Source: the human T2T-CHM13v2.0 reference genome, Homo sapiens
Reading direction: 5' to 3' (one strand)
DNA: 64,000 nt
Assembly: GCF_009914755.1 (NCBI RefSeq)
Contig: NC_060926.1
Shown: piece after piece, positions 1 to 13,497 of the stretch
Numbering within the stretch: the first letter of the stretch is position 1
Layout: every line of letters begins with the position of its first letter
The notes under the pieces: generated by a model
Seen by the model: the letters and a program-made list of their open reading frames with translations, nothing else
Told to the model about the DNA's origin: nothing
Databases searched by the model: none
Program-made: the position numbers and the translations under genes

Positions 1-15
1 CTCAAACCAGCCACG

Positions 16-55
16 ATCGGTTCCGGCCGGGACACGGCCGGGGGAGGGGCGGGGG
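16..55 (-). promoter_or_regulatory. Proximal elements: CAAT-like CCGAT (16-20), ETS core CCGGAA (21-26), Sp1/ZNF148-type GC box (40-55)
   Basis: ATCGG at 16-20, TTCCGG at 21-26, GGGGGAGGGGCGGGGG at 40-55 on the + strand. Confidence 0.75.
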
Positions 56-107
56 CCCGGCGGTGGCCAACCCGGGCCCGCGCGGAGCTGGTGGGGCGCC
101 GGCGGGC

Positions 108-115
108 CGACGTCA
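108..115 (-). promoter_or_regulatory. CRE-like element TGACGTCG
   Basis: CGACGTCA on the + strand, 7/8 match to TGACGTCA. Confidence 0.65.
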
Positions 116-170
116 GCCGAGCCGAGCACCGCCTGCCCCACGCGTGGCCCCCGCCCCCGGCTTCGCGCCC

Positions 171-246
171 CGCCCTCCCCGCCCTGCGGCCGCCTCTCCC
201 CGCCCTCCCCGCCCTGCGGCCGCCTCGCCCCGCCCCGCCCTGCGGC
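171..246. repeat. 30-bp GC-rich tandem repeat (~2.5 copies) carrying multiple GC boxes and two NotI sites
   Basis: CGCCCTCCCCGCCCTGCGGCCGCCTC(T/G)CCC at 171-200 and 201-230, partial copy at 231-246. Confidence 0.9.
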
Positions 247-271
247 GGTCTCGCCCGCCTGGAACTGGTCC

Positions 272-282
272 GCGCACGCGCA
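272..282. promoter_or_regulatory. NRF1-like motif
   Basis: GCGCACGCGCA, typical of bidirectional CpG-island promoters. Confidence 0.55.
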
Positions 283-424
283 CGACGCCGCAGGCCCCGG
301 CCCCGGCCCGCGGCAGCTGAACGGCAGAGCCTGTAGCTGCACAGCTGTGCTTCCACCTGGCGTTCAGTACCTCGTGCCCGAGAGCGGAAAAGGGAAATCG
401 CGAGCGGAGGACCGATGTGCTGGC

Positions 425-430
425 CACGTG
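425..430. promoter_or_regulatory. Canonical E-box (MYC/MAX, USF), about -490 from the ODC1 TSS
   Basis: GGCCACGTGGG. ODC1 is an established MYC target with an upstream E-box. Confidence 0.75.
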
Positions 431-2419
431 GGCCCCGCCGGGCCGACTCCGGACCCTGCTGCCGCCCATTCCTCCGGTGCAAGGGACCTGGAAGTGATCC
501 CGGTGCCGCTCTGCTCCCACCAGCTAGGGAGCAGAGGCGCGGGAGGGAAGGGGCGTCCCGGGGGTCGCCAGCACGCTGCGGGCAGGGCTGGCAGCCGCCT
601 CCACGCCCCCGCGCTGGAAGCCTCGTCTTTGTAACATCGAGGTATCCTGTAACTAGATGGGTCCTGGCCTGCGGAGGTAGTTTCCCCTGTGAAGCCAGGG
701 ACTCAGCCAGGAGCGTGAGGGGACCCGGATCCTGAGTCTCCAAGCCGCCCACTACCCTCTGCTTTACCGGATGGAACTCATCAGTAACTAGGTATCTTTA
801 AGGGCGGCTCCCTGGCGCGCTCTGAGAGTTACGGAAGTCCCAAAATGCTTTGACCGAAAACGTCTAAACAGTGAATACATAAAGCAAAAAGCCGCGTGGG
901 AAATTCGAGTCCCTAGGAGCGCCCAGGGGACGCCTCTGGAGGTGGACTGCCACTCACTCCAGGCCACGCTGGAATGCCCGCACCAGGGAGGCACTGCACT
1001 TGAATTGGGGACACTTTTTTTTTTTTTTTCATTTTTACCTTTCATTCCCTTTTGGACAATCCAGACAGGATATGTCTCTCCCTAGGGTGGGGATTTCGAC
1101 TCCTTAGGGTGGGAGTACAGCCGATGAAGAGTTAAGGAGAGGAGTGGGTAGATCTAGATCTAGCCTTGGGTGGGTGGGGGCGGGGTTGGAGGAGCTCAGA
1201 GCACTGGCCCAGCGCTGCCCCCAACTTGCTGTGTGCTCTTGGACAAGTTATCTCCCTTCTCTGGGCTTCAGATAACCCAAGGATCCTTACATATCTTTAT
1301 AGCTACAAAGCCCTGTGAGGTTTTGAAAAACTTCCTTGGTACCCAAAACCAGGTCTGAGGCACAGTCAGTGAATACCTGTTTAATGAATGCATGCATAAA
1401 TGAATGAATGGATGATCCAGCTCTTCCTGGAGCAGGCACGACTTCCACAGAAACAGAGCAAACGCTAGCCGTAAGCAGAAGTGAGTCTTCTTCCTATGTG
1501 AAGGGATGTGGGGGTGGTACGCCCCTATCAACTTTATCTTTACATAGTCCTTGAGCGCCCACCGGGCACCGTGTTCCCCGGACTAGAGGGAGGGAGAGGG
1601 GGGTTAGCTCCACCCTTAACAAGCTTAATTCTTGATGAGATTAACCATCAAAACCCATCAGAGAACGTTATAGCTCCAGCGCTGAATGAGACATCTTTGA
1701 TTCTGTGGTGATGCGGACTTTGTGCCTCTCTGTGAGGAATCACTTTGTTCCAATGACGCAATTTTCCTCACACTCCGGAAGTGTCCTGCACTGCCAGAAT
1801 CGCCCAGCTTCCCGGCACACCTATCAACCAGTCGTTCCCAGCACTGCCCAGTATGCAGCCTCCAGGCAGAGGGCCTGGATGTCTTGGCAGGTAGGGTTCC
1901 CCTAGCAGCCTGGGGGTGGTCAGATAGAAACATTAACTGGAACGTAGAGGCCAGTTCTTGGCTCAGGGAGCCAGGAGGGCTCTGACTGTTGCACATACAA
2001 GCCACTCACACTGCTATCGCCCACATACCTTCCTCTCCCGCCAGCCCACCCCAAAGCCCAAACTCCTGCCCGCATGCTGGGAAGGTGAGCCCTTGCCTGG
2101 AGAGCCCAGCAGGGGAAATAGAAGGAGGGAAGGAGGCCTGCTCCTTCCCCGGAGCTCTGCTCTGCGGCTGCAGGAAGACCCGCAGAGGCCCTGGGCAGCA
2201 GAACTGTGGACAGCAAGGCTGGAGTTGTGAAACCCAACCACTCAGCTGGATTCCAGAAGCTCAGGTGGTGGTGACTAAACCTGGCCTTACTTAAAATGCA
2301 TGACTTTATTGTCTTTCAATGTATTTTCAGTAAACTTCATCCTCTCCATTACTATTTTCTTTTCTTCGGAAACAAGCAACAGATCTTTGTAAAAAAAATA
2401 CGTGATGCCACGCACTTAG

Positions 2420-2745
<326 letters not shown>

Positions 2746-3196
2746 AGAGATGAGACTTCTATGTGTGGTGCTAAAAGAGTGAATAAAAACATTAGATACT
2801 ACACTGGACATGCTTCTAAGAGCTTAGTCATCTCACCTAAGTTCTGGGACCAACTCCCATTTTCTTAGGATTCCTTGGGCCCCCTTACCACCCCCCCGCC
2901 GCTCTGCCCCGCTCATTATGAAAGTTTGGACATCACTCTCTCTCTCTGGGTTCCAGACTACCTTTCTGAAAATGGGGTGGTTGGACTGGCTGAAAGCTCA
3001 GGTTCTTCTTTCCTTCTAATGTTCTAAGAATCTACTTATTTCACAGAGTTCTGTATAAATCCACTGACCAAGTTTTCTAAACCAAAACCAAAAACATGTC
3101 TGATGAAGGAGGTATCTTTTTTCTTCTTTGCTAACTTACATGAAAAGGCTTATAAAGGTATATAGTGATTGCAGACTTAAGCAGTCACCCTTATCA

Positions 3197-3497
<301 letters not shown>

Positions 3498-4195
3498 TCA
3501 CCCTTATCAAAAAGAAGTAGGTCACATAGAAGACAATAACCAGCAAGCATTTGTGTATCCATTTACTCAGTATTGGAAAGTTTGACATTGAGAGCTTTCT
3601 GGAAAATGGGTTTGGGCGCTGCTTACGTGTCCGTGGTTGTACTCTACTTCACCAAACTTCTTCCAGAAGCATAGAAGAGTGGACTGTGGAGTGAGGCTCA
3701 TGACCTCCAGCCCCATGAGGACTTTGGGAGGTTAGCTTCTGCCCTGGCAAGGGTGCCCTAACTCAGGACACCTGGGTAATGGGGACTAGTCACAGATGCT
3801 CTAGTCCCATCTGGATGTTTGGCCAAAAATAGTTTTCCTTAGCTCAGTCACTCACCAGTCCTTTAACCTTGCCCTTTGAATGGTTTTAGGTGTTTCCGAA
3901 AAATCCAATCCACCCTCCAAGGTGGAAAGTGTGCCATCTCTGCCCATAATCCAAATGGCGTGCCTGAGGCATAGAAAGCAGCTTTCAGGGAGGCCTTCCT
4001 TCCTCTGAGCAATGGTGGCATCATCAGAAAAGTGGAGCTCCTCCAAAAGGATCTGCTGGAAGCAGAGGACGCCCATGTGTAAGTGGAAGTCCCAGGATGT
4101 TTGTTTTATAAAGTGTTACATCACGGCCCTACCTTGCCCCAGCCCTGGTGTGGCTCACTGGGAAGCTGCTGGGAAAGGAGCCAAATAGGAACTAG

Positions 4196-4607
<412 letters not shown>

Positions 4608-7305
4608 TGGAGGAGTTCATTTTCATGGGGAAAGTGATGTTTATCATTATTTTGCTTCCCACTTCCTTGTCTTTTTCAGTGGGCAGAAGTCAGAGTCCCA
4701 TTAAGCCTGTACCGAGTCAGTATTCAGACATGCCATCCGACACGTGGACAGAAGCTTTGCCATCTGCCTACTTGGCTTGTCTGTTTCAAGCCCTTCACTG
4801 GTGGCCCTGGGTCCACAGAGTAAAGTCCAAACACCTTAGCCTGGCACCCAGGACCCTCTGAGGCCTGCCCTGCCCACCCTCCCAGCCTCTTTTGCCACTC
4901 CAGCTCCCTGAGCCACTGATGTTCCACAGACCCTGCCCCTGCCATCGTAACGTGGGTCACGTGGTGTGGGCACCTTTGTTTCCTGCCTCCATCCTGCCTT
5001 CCCCTCCCCGCAACTCTCCCTTTGAAATCAGGACCATGATTTTCTTCTCTCCATATGTTCAGTTTCTAGCCTGGTTCCTGGCTCACAAAGCCATTCAATA
5101 TTGTCAGGTTGAAACTGGGTTTAGTAGCACCTGTGGGCTATTGGGAACAAAAGAAAGCAAGCGAGGCTGTGCTGAAAAGTGGTCATTTGTGGTTGCTATA
5201 CGAGTGATTAGCTCAGGAGAATTTCTCCCCACGTGCTATCTAAGATTAGGGGAACAAAAGACCCTGGGTGTTCTTCCTTTAGTCAGTTGTTTGTTGATTC
5301 ATTCCATACGTGTCTGCTGAGTGCCACCTGTGTGCAAGTGGCAGGCAGGACAAGGGAGGACCCTCTGTGGCTGGGCCGGGTTCCTGGGGACCAGCAGGGA
5401 ATTGATAAGAGCCAAGAGAAGCCTCGCTTTTACCCAGTGCCTAAGGAAACTGCCTCTTTTGTTTTATTTTCTCCTAAGCGCCTGGTGACTCCCTCTGACC
5501 CAACAAGTTGCAGCACCTCTGCTGGGCTTTGCCACTGCCCCATTTTTGCCAGAGCCTCACCCTGGTGGGGCCCCACCTCTGGGAAGCCCCAGCGCCTGCA
5601 AGATTTTTTCCTCTCGTGACAGGGAGCAGCATGCGGAGGGCCCTTGCACAACCTGGGTCTTCAGGAAGGTGAGTGCTCTGCCCAGGGGCAGTGTGAGCTC
5701 TGCGTCCCTGCCAAGTCAGAGGCGGGACCATCCGAAGGGCCTGTGGCTGGGGTCTGCTACACCGAGCCTTGCGGGCCCTCCAAGGGGTAGGGTACCCTGA
5801 GGGCAGTGCTCCCTGTCTCTGTTCTAACAGCTGTGAGCACTTGCTCTGTGCCAGCGCCCCTGCCAGGTGCCAGGGAGAAGGAGGGGAGGCCAAGGAGGTC
5901 CCTGTGCTCCAGGAGCTCATGGTCCAGAGGGGAGGCTGCCCCCAGGCTTGTGCTCTCTAGGTTCTGGTCCCTGGGACAGTGGTCACACAGACAAAGGAGG
6001 TGGACGCAGCCGAGGGAGCAGGGGCCTGGGTTTGGAAAGGCTCGTCCAGGGCCAGGGAGAGTTAGGGAGGGGCCTGCAGCACCCAGGGCAAGAATAAGAC
6101 CTGTGGGCACCAAGGGAGGCTCCCGCCCACAAGCCCAGCTTTCCTCTGGGAGAGGACTGAGGGCTGTGAAGGGGAGAGCAGAGGAGGAGTCACTCTGGGG
6201 AGCAGCCTCTCACCCCCAGGGGCTGCTACTTCACCCAGCTCCAGCCTCCATCAGTCCATCCAAATCCTGGCTGACAGCAGGGCCCCGCCATCGTAGAAGG
6301 CAGGTCGGCCTCCACATGCGGGCACAGAATGTTTCCCTTTGGCATTCCATGCCCTGTATGGCTCAGGGCCCAGGCAGGCAGTTCAGCAGAGGGAATTTAG
6401 CAAGAGAACTAGTTACAGAGATGACATGTCTTACAGCTGCAGGAAGCCACTATCACCCAGAGGACTGGGGATGAAAGGGGACGAGGGTCCCCAGCAGCGT
6501 GGCAGCCACCTGTGGGCTGTCCCAGAGAAACCCACTGACCACCAAGGGCAAGCAGCTAGTGCTGGGGAGGCTGCGAAGCCAAGAGAGGGAGAGGGAGATG
6601 GAGACAGAGAGGAGGGACAGGAGCCAGCTCTCCCCTCCGCCCATCCTCCAGGCTCCCACCAGCACTTCCCAGTCAGAAGCCTGTTGACAAGAGATCCCGG
6701 TCAGTGTCATTTTCCAAGGCCAGCCCTGTCCACTCCACCAGAGAAACAGCAGAGGCACAGTGGGAGTGGGGAATGGGTCTGAGAGCGGGCGGGCAAGGGC
6801 AGGCTCGGCCCCTTGGCGGTAGGCCCGTCAGAGTCTTCCTTCTGCCTTCTTGTAGGACAGTTTCTAACCAGAGTTCTGGTAAGCACTGGTGACATTTCAC
6901 ATTGGCTTAAGCAATAAGGAAAAGCAGTCATCTCACGTAGCAACGTGGCTTGGGGAAGGGAGTCTCCAGTTTCATGTATTCGGAGCCTCAAGAACAACGT
7001 TGAAGACCTGGATTCTTTTCCTGTTTTTGCAGTTCCTTGCCCAGGTGTTGGCCCAGCTCTCCTCATGGTTCCAAGAAGGCTGCCCCAGGAAGGCTTGTGG
7101 ACAGAGGGAGAAGCATCTCTTCCTCTATGTCTCTTTTTATCTAAGAAACCAGTTTGACCAGCATCCTTCCCCTCGGCTCCCCAGGAGGAATGCACGGATC
7201 CCTTCGCCTTCCCCCATCCCTCCATGGTTGACTAAACCCACTAGGATCCACTCTTTTGCGTGGAAATGGGTTCAGGCCTCCCACGAAGAGCATGAAGATG
7301 CCCTC

Positions 7306-7985
7306 TGTTATGGGTTACATTATGTCCCCTGCCCCCGAGACCGTATGTTGAGTCCTAACCCTAGTATTGCAGAACGTGAATTTATTAGGAGATAGGGTCT
7401 TTATGGAGGTCATTAAGTTAAATGAGGGTGTTAGGGTGGGCTGGTGTCCTGATATAAAGGGGAAATTTGGGGCTGGGTGTAGTGGCTCACACATATAATC
7501 CCAGTGCCTCGAGAGGCCAAGGCAGGAGGATTGCTTGAGGGCAGGAGTTCAAGACCAGCTTGGGTAACATAGGGAGACCGGTATCTATAAAAAAAATTAA
7601 AAACAAAAAAATTAGCCGAGTGTGGTGGTGCATGCCTGTAGTCCCAGCTACTCAGGAGGCTGAGGTGGGAGGATCGCTTGAGTCCAGGAATTTGAGGCTG
7701 CAGTGAGCCATAAAAAGATGGGGGACGATGGAGACGCACAGGGAAAACACCTTGTGAATGCGGCAGAGATAAGGGTGATGCCTCTACACACCGAGGAACT
7801 TCAGAGACAACCAGTAAGTCACTGGGAGCTCGGGGAAGGCACAGCGCAGATGCTCGCTGCCCTCAGAGGGAAGCCAGCCCGCCAACCCCTTGATCTCAGA
7901 CCTCTGGCCCCTGGAACTGTGAGATGATAGATTTCTGTCGTTTAAGCACAGTGGTGCTGTGTTATAGCAGCCCTAGGGAACCATC
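7306..7985 (+). mobile_element. MLT1 (MaLR) LTR, probably MLT1B/C, interrupted by a truncated AluJ at 7471-7710
   Basis: TGTTATGGGTT...GTCCCC start; GGAGATAGGGTCTTT...AAGTTAAATGAGG; 3' GGAACTGTGAGA...TTTCTGTCGTTTAAGC...GTTATAGCAGCCCTAGG. Confidence 0.85.
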
Positions 7986-8244
7986 CACTATCAGAACAAA
8001 AGCAGGGCTGGACTGCTAGAAGAAAGGAGAGGAGAATGGCAGAGGATACCCACCTTGGGGCTGAATCTGAGATCACTCCAGGGCTCCCCAGGTTGTTTTG
8101 AAGAATGGAGATGGATTTGTGCAGGGCTCACTGTAGAAGCTCAGTGCAGCATGCGACGCTTATAAGGCTGCAATCCCCAGAGCTCAGTCCCTGAAGAGCG
8201 CTGCATTCACAGACATCAGCCAGCAGACAAACCAGTACCTATTG

Positions 8245-8336
8245 TCCCTGACCCCCAGAATCCAGCAGACATATAAAAGATGGTTGTTAACCCCACTAAG
8301 TTTTGGGGTAATTTGTTATGCAGCCATGCAACTGAA
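8245..8336 (+). mobile_element. Old MLT1 LTR 3' fragment
   Basis: CCACTAAGTTTTGGGGTAATTTGTTATGCAGC is the MLT1 3' end. Confidence 0.65.
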
Positions 8337-8479
8337 AGAAGCAGCTACAATATTTTTATAATGAAATTCTTAGCCAGGACCCTCATAGCCTAGCAAGAAG
8401 TTCTGTCTGGAAGAGCCCAGCTTTGGGGTTGGGTATGTCTGGGTTTTAATATGTCAAGAGGGCAGGCCCTGGAGACGGA

Positions 8480-8615
8480 GCACATGGATTTGAATCCCAG
8501 CCTCTCATAGGCAGGTTAATTAATTTCCCTGAATCTCAGTTTCTTCATCTCTCAATGGAGAAAATAATAGAAGCCACCTCACGGGAATTAAATGAGATTA
8601 TTTACGCACAGCACC
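8480..8615 (+). mobile_element. MIR
   Basis: TTTGAATCCCAG...CTCAGTTTCTTCATCT core. Confidence 0.75.
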
Positions 8616-8682
8616 AAGGCTGTGGCTACTGTATTTGACCCCTGAAACAGTTAATTTTTCTTGACATCCCTTCCTTGGTATA

Positions 8683-9125
8683 TGTATTAGTCAGGGTTCT
8701 CTAGAGGGACAGAACTAATAGGATATCTCTCTCTCTATAGATTTATATAAAGGGGAGTTTATTAAGTATTAACTTACACAATCACAAGGTCCTGCAATAG
8801 GTCGTCTGCAGGCTGAGGAGCAAGGAGAGCCAGTTCAAGTCCCAAAACTGAAGAACTTGGAGTCTGATGTTCGAGTCCAGGAAGCATCCAGCACAGGAGA
8901 AAGATGGAAGCTGGGAGGCCAGGCCTGACTCTCCTTTTCATGTTTTTCTGCCTGCTTTATATCCGCTGGCAGCTGATTAGGTGGTGCCCACCAGATTAAG
9001 GGTGGATCTGCCTTCCCCAGCCCACTGACTCAAATGTTAATCTCTTTTGGCAACACCCTCACAGACACACCCAGGATCAATACTGTCAGTTCAATCAAGT
9101 TGACACTCAGTATGAACCATCGCAA
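8683..9125 (-). mobile_element. MLT2A solo LTR (ERVL)
   Basis: TGTATTAGTCAGGGTTCTCTAGAGGGACAGAACTAATAGG ... CAAGTTGACACTCAGTATGAACCATCGCA, the reverse of the MLT2A consensus. Confidence 0.9.
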
Positions 9126-9494
9126 TACAATAGGATTACTTTCTGTGATAACCTGTGTAAAAATAGGCAGTCATGATTTTCCTGTTGTGTTCTTCAGGTG
9201 TAAAACAAAAAATTTTAAAAGAAGAAACTTCAATTTTAAAGATATTATTCAAACTAAGTTAAACATTTTGTGTATAAATTAAAACAATAAATTTTGTTTG
9301 CATGTATCAAACAAAAATATTCCATCTTGCAGTTAACATTTTCACTGTTTAAATTTTCAACACCAAAATCCCATGTGTAATGATGGAATTTAACTGGTTA
9401 AATGCTGCCTCTTTGCCTTCACAATCACAGTGGTACTGTTTCTTGCAAATGTCATGAGAGTTGGAGATATGTCTTGCTCCTGTTTTGGGCGCAA

Positions 9495-9580
9495 AGGTGA
9501 GGTGGTCAGTTGTTGGTCTGGGACTTTCAGTGCTAAAATCAGAAAAGTCCTGGGTGAACCGGAACAAGTTGGCCCGCCAG
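9495..9580 (-). mobile_element. MER94-like hAT fragment
   Basis: GGGACTTTCAGTGCTAAAA...GTCCTGGG...CCGGAACAAGTTGG. Confidence 0.6.
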
Positions 9581-10305
9581 CTGAAGGACTGAAAAAACTT
9601 TGGACACTTTCCCAATGAACACGTAGCCAAATCTGTGTGAATCAGAGGCCAGCTGTGGAACCAGGAGTTCTCTGAATTAATTTAGGTGCGGAATATGTTT
9701 ATGAAAGGACAACTAATAAAAACCTGAAGTTCACATATGTATTATTAAAACACCATCATAACCTCAGCAATTGTTTAGAACAAAGGGATCTTTTTCAGGG
9801 AGGAGTATTTTATCAGTGACACTGTTTAGAATTGATGGGCATGATGATAATAACAAGCAGAGCAACTTTTAGTCAGTTTTATTATTGTTTTAACATGATC
9901 TGCAGACAATGCGTGTCCTTATTGCCTGCACCTGGGGCAGAGAGCGCCCCTGGACCCACCCTTCCTAAACCACCACACCTGGCCTGGAACGCACACCTGG
10001 TAAGGGTACATGTTAGCTCTCATTGCAGCCACCCAGGGAGTCTTGGCTAAGTCTTTCCACGTCTCTGAGGCTGGATCTAACGGTTATTTTGTAGGGTTGT
10101 TGGATATAGGATTTTGCAGGGTCATGGTTGTAAGACTATCAGTTAAACTATAAAGAACCTAGCGCAAGCCTTGATGTTGGTAGGGGCTCAGTAACTGCAC
10201 TGCCCCTCCCCTTCCCTGCTTCCCGGCTTCTGCATCAACAGCGTGCTGCTTCCCTCACCTAGACGTCATGCTTAGATCTTTGATGATTGAAATTTGTCTT
10301 ATCTC

Positions 10306-10625
<320 letters not shown>

Positions 10626-11482
10626 TCATGAAGCCCCAGTAACCGCACTGCTTCTGGCCTTCCTGGGAGCTCGTTACCTTGGCCATATCTCGTCTTGTCT
10701 GGTCTCTGCTCCTTTGACAAGGTGGACTGTTAGTGTTTAGGTGTGCGTGCTGTCTTGTCACCCCATGAGATTGCATGGTTCATGGACGACGATGTTTTCT
10801 CACCGTGCCCACATAGAAACCAAGCTCACGGAAATACAGAGACCACACACACACAGTCTCCAGTAAGGTCCTGATTTCAGATATTTGGCATCCCATTCTA
10901 TGCAGACTCTCGGTGCTGACTTAAAGTAGGCATGGGATCCTACATGACACTTCAGTGGGGAGAAGATCCTGGTTTGCCTGGTATAGTCAGTCCTGATATA
11001 ATGATCAGTTATGCTGTTCTGTACTTAACTTTTAATCAACAAGCAAATTATTTTGTTAACTTAAAACATATTTAAAATGCTATTGGATGGGAGAAACATC
11101 ATCTTTCTCTTCAAAATAACATTAAGCGCCTCTTAAAATACTTTGGAGTGATTGTTGATGTTGTATTTGCTATAGTGAAATTTATCAAGAGAGTGAGGAA
11201 ATACACGTTCAGATTTTCTTCATCTTTAGGGGTACTTGCACATACTTTAATGTGGTTACTACTTTTGTCTTCCCCACTAGACTGCACTCAGGACTTGGAG
11301 TTTTGGGAGGCGGGTTCTGTGTCTACGCCTTCATTGCTGTGTGAGCTGCAGGGTGGGTCTTCAGTAAATGTCCATCAAAAGAAAGATGTCGGAAACTTAA
11401 TGTCCATTTGAGGTGCAGAAGGAAGGAGTTTTTTTCCTTCTTACAGTCAAATATATGATATAAAATTCCTCTACCCTTTGTC

Positions 11483-11856
<374 letters not shown>

Positions 11857-13024
11857 TAAGCTCTTTATGTAGCAGACTCTTTCTTGATACTTGGACACTG
11901 TAAATTTAGGTTCACATCTTGAATTTCCAGCTGAGTTTGATCACTGTGAATGATCATAGAGTTTCCAGTTGTTTTCTCTTTTCTAACCACACCACGAAGG
12001 CGGCTCTGACTTACGCCAAACTATACCAGAGAGGCCGCCATTTCCTCCTCCTCCTCCTCCCCTTTTGAGAGCACCTGTGCCTTCCAGTCTTAGAATATAT
12101 CTACCCTCGGGCTCAAGTGATTGGATGTGTAGATAAAACCAGACGGGTCAGATTCCCTCAGACTGGATTGTGGTCTGAGGGCGCCCCAGGCACTGGAGCT
12201 AACGTGGGAGGCTGGGGATGGAAACCAGTCGTTGGAGTCAGCCACGATGAACGGCGTGCAGGCTGATGCGGGAGCCACACAAGCCCGTATGCACAGAAAA
12301 GAATGACATCCACAGCCGAGACAGCAGCAATGAGGGCACATGGGAAGGATAGGGCGCCACCTGGCCCTTCAGAGTCCACTTCCAGCCCAGTCAGGGCAGA
12401 ACTGCCTCCCTCAGCTTTCACACAATTTCCCCAACTTCTGAGAATTATCTCCCTTTACTTAATTGAGGTCAATTTGGTTCCTGGAAACCAAACATTCCTC
12501 AGTAATAACCAGAAACATTTTTCTGGAAGAATAGGATTTGATTTATAATAATCTGCTCATAATTGGCTTTCCAGGACCAATGATACATGCCAATTGCAAA
12601 GTAAGAGCCTGCTTGTAATCCCCGCGTGAATCCTCCGTGTGTCCCACCAAGCAGGTTTATTCTAGAACTCATGCCAGGCAGAACAGCTTTAATTCCATGG
12701 TGCAGTCACTGGTTCTGCCCCCGCTGGTCTTAGGATGAGATGGCGCACACTGTCCTGAGGTCCAGATTTTCGGACGAGGTCTAGAGAAAGCATCTGTTTC
12801 AGTGGCTTCTCTCTGTTCTTCAGGCCTGCGTGGCCCCTGGAGAAGAGACAAAGATCCTCAATCCATTCAGTCTAGCTGTCAGGCTCTCAGTGCCGTGCTC
12901 ATGGTGGTCTGGCCTTGCCAATTGCTTCCCCAGGCTGTATCTGATACTCTCTCTCCCATCAACAGCACTTGCTCTCTGGACCCAAGTGTTGATTCTGCAA
13001 TCATGGAAGTGTTCTGGATCTTCA

Positions 13025-13497
13025 CTGTCTAATACAGCGGCCATGAGCCACGTGTAGTTCTTGAGCACTTGAAATGTGGCCAGGGTGACTAAGAAACTGA
13101 ATTAATTGTATTTCTATTTTTTTTCTTTTTTTGAGATGGAGTTTTGCTCTTGTTGCCCAGGCTGGAGTGCAATGGCATGATCTCGGCTCACCGCAACCTC
13201 CACCTCCCGAGCTCAAGCAATTCTCTGCTTCAGCCTCCTGAGTAGCTGGGATTATAGGCGTGTGCCAGCATGCCCAGCTAATTTTTGTGTTTTTAGTAGA
13301 GATGGGGTTTCATCATGTTGGCCAGGCTGGTCTTGAACTCCTGACCTCAGGTGATCCACCCACCTCGGCCTCCCAAAGTGCTGGGATTACAGGCGTGAGC
13401 CACCGTGCCCAGCCTATTAATTATATTTCATTTTACTTTGTGCAAACCTAAATAGCCATGCCTAGCTGGTGGCTCTCATATTGGACATTGTAGCTCT
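13025..13497. mobile_element. MER3-type hAT DNA transposon interrupted by a reverse AluSp/Sq (13117-13414)
   Basis: CTGTCTAATA...AGCCACGTG...GAGCACTTGAAATGTGGC at the left, TAGCCA...CTGGTGGCT...ATATTGGACA at the right. Confidence 0.8.

Larger units (their letters stand above)
1..960 (-). promoter_or_regulatory. ODC1: CpG-island promoter / upstream region of ODC1 (gene transcribed leftwards, TSS just outside the window)
   Basis: Very high GC and CpG density over 1-~960. The reverse complement of 1-60 matches my recollection of the human/mouse ODC promoter (GC box GCCCCTCCCCC, CAAT-like CCGAT, GGCTGGTTTGAG). An upstream CACGTG lies at about the expected distance (425-430). Confidence 0.85.

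Noticed and set aside
63-735. Pro/Arg/Ala-rich ORFs in the CpG island
   Set aside because: Expected by chance in very GC-rich promoter DNA; ODC1 coding exons lie outside the window.
390-1098. Three NF-kB-like words (GGGAAATCGC, GGGAAATTCG, GGGGATTTCG)
   Set aside because: All lack the terminal CC of the consensus; not supportable from sequence alone.
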